Shown in pieces: positions 63,575 to 64,000 of a stretch of DNA of 64,000 bases (its first letter is position 1; each line of letters opens with the position of its first letter). The translations under genes and the position numbers were made by a program. The stretch covers positions 30,628,001-30,692,000 of the forward strand of contig OZ360224.1 in the NCBI GenBank assembly GCA_977017645.1, read 5' to 3'. Below the pieces are notes generated by a model. That model saw only the letters and a list, made by a program, of their open reading frames with translations, had not been told where the DNA came from and ran no database searches. The stretch comes from Torpedo marmorata (taxonomy: Eukaryota).

Positions 63575-64000
63575 TGCGTAGTAGTGTATTTCTGTCAAAG
63601 ACAACGTTTCTTAAAAATGCCTAAAGTAGGATTCCATAAATCAAGATTAAAATGGGAATCAGATTTAAATATTAATATAGATGAAAAACATTGGAAAGAT
63701 TTATGTAAATTGAGTATGACTAAAATTATTAATGTTAGGTATAGATTAGTACAATATAATTTTTTTCATCAACTATATTTAACACCTAAAAAATTAAAGA
63801 AATTCAATCCGGCATTATCAGATATGTGTTTTAGATGCAAGGATGAAATTGGTTCTTTTGTTCATTCAACATGGTTATGTCCTAAAATTAAGGATTTTTG
63901 GTCTAAAGTTAAAAAATTTTTAGATAGAATTTTTAATATTATGTTTCCAATGGATCCTATGTTATTTTTATTTGGAGATATTAAAAAATTTAGTATTAGA
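63575..64000 (+). mobile_element. L1 ORF2 3' fragment (family of 48990-50638), running off the window edge
   Basis: KIINVRYRLVQYNFFHQLYLTPKKLKKF..CFRC; orientation opposite to the other two copies. Confidence 0.9.

Noticed and set aside
46144-64000. Further upstream MAP3K7 (kinase-domain) exons
   Set aside because: I looked for the expected YFPGADEPLQYPCQ-type exon and did not find it; it probably lies beyond the window, though a small exon could have been missed by eye

Overview
Eukaryotic, repeat-rich vertebrate DNA, probably a cartilaginous fish (elasmobranch-type V-SINEs, CR1, Rex1/Babar and Penelope-derived repeats). The window holds the 3' half of MAP3K7 (TAK1) on the minus strand: 8 coding exons with GT-AG boundaries and consistent phases, from the post-kinase exon at 46143 to the stop at 3836, including the 81-nt cassette exon (mammalian exon 12). 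The kinase-domain exons lie beyond the right edge. The introns contain nested transposons, many delimited by target-site duplications (TSDs). The main unexplained signal is two LTR retrotransposons of BEL/Pao type (31072-39528 and 53694-59145) with dissimilar LTRs. In both, RT-RNaseH-integrase is replaced, initially in the gag-protease frame, by captured non-TE sequence. That cargo includes an intronless coiled-coil segment resembling the host gene MIPOL1 in circularly permuted order (a downstream exon joined to an upstream exon), which is what capture of a back-spliced circular RNA would leave. Protein and family identifications are from recall, not database searches, and exon numbers follow the mammalian gene as I recall it.
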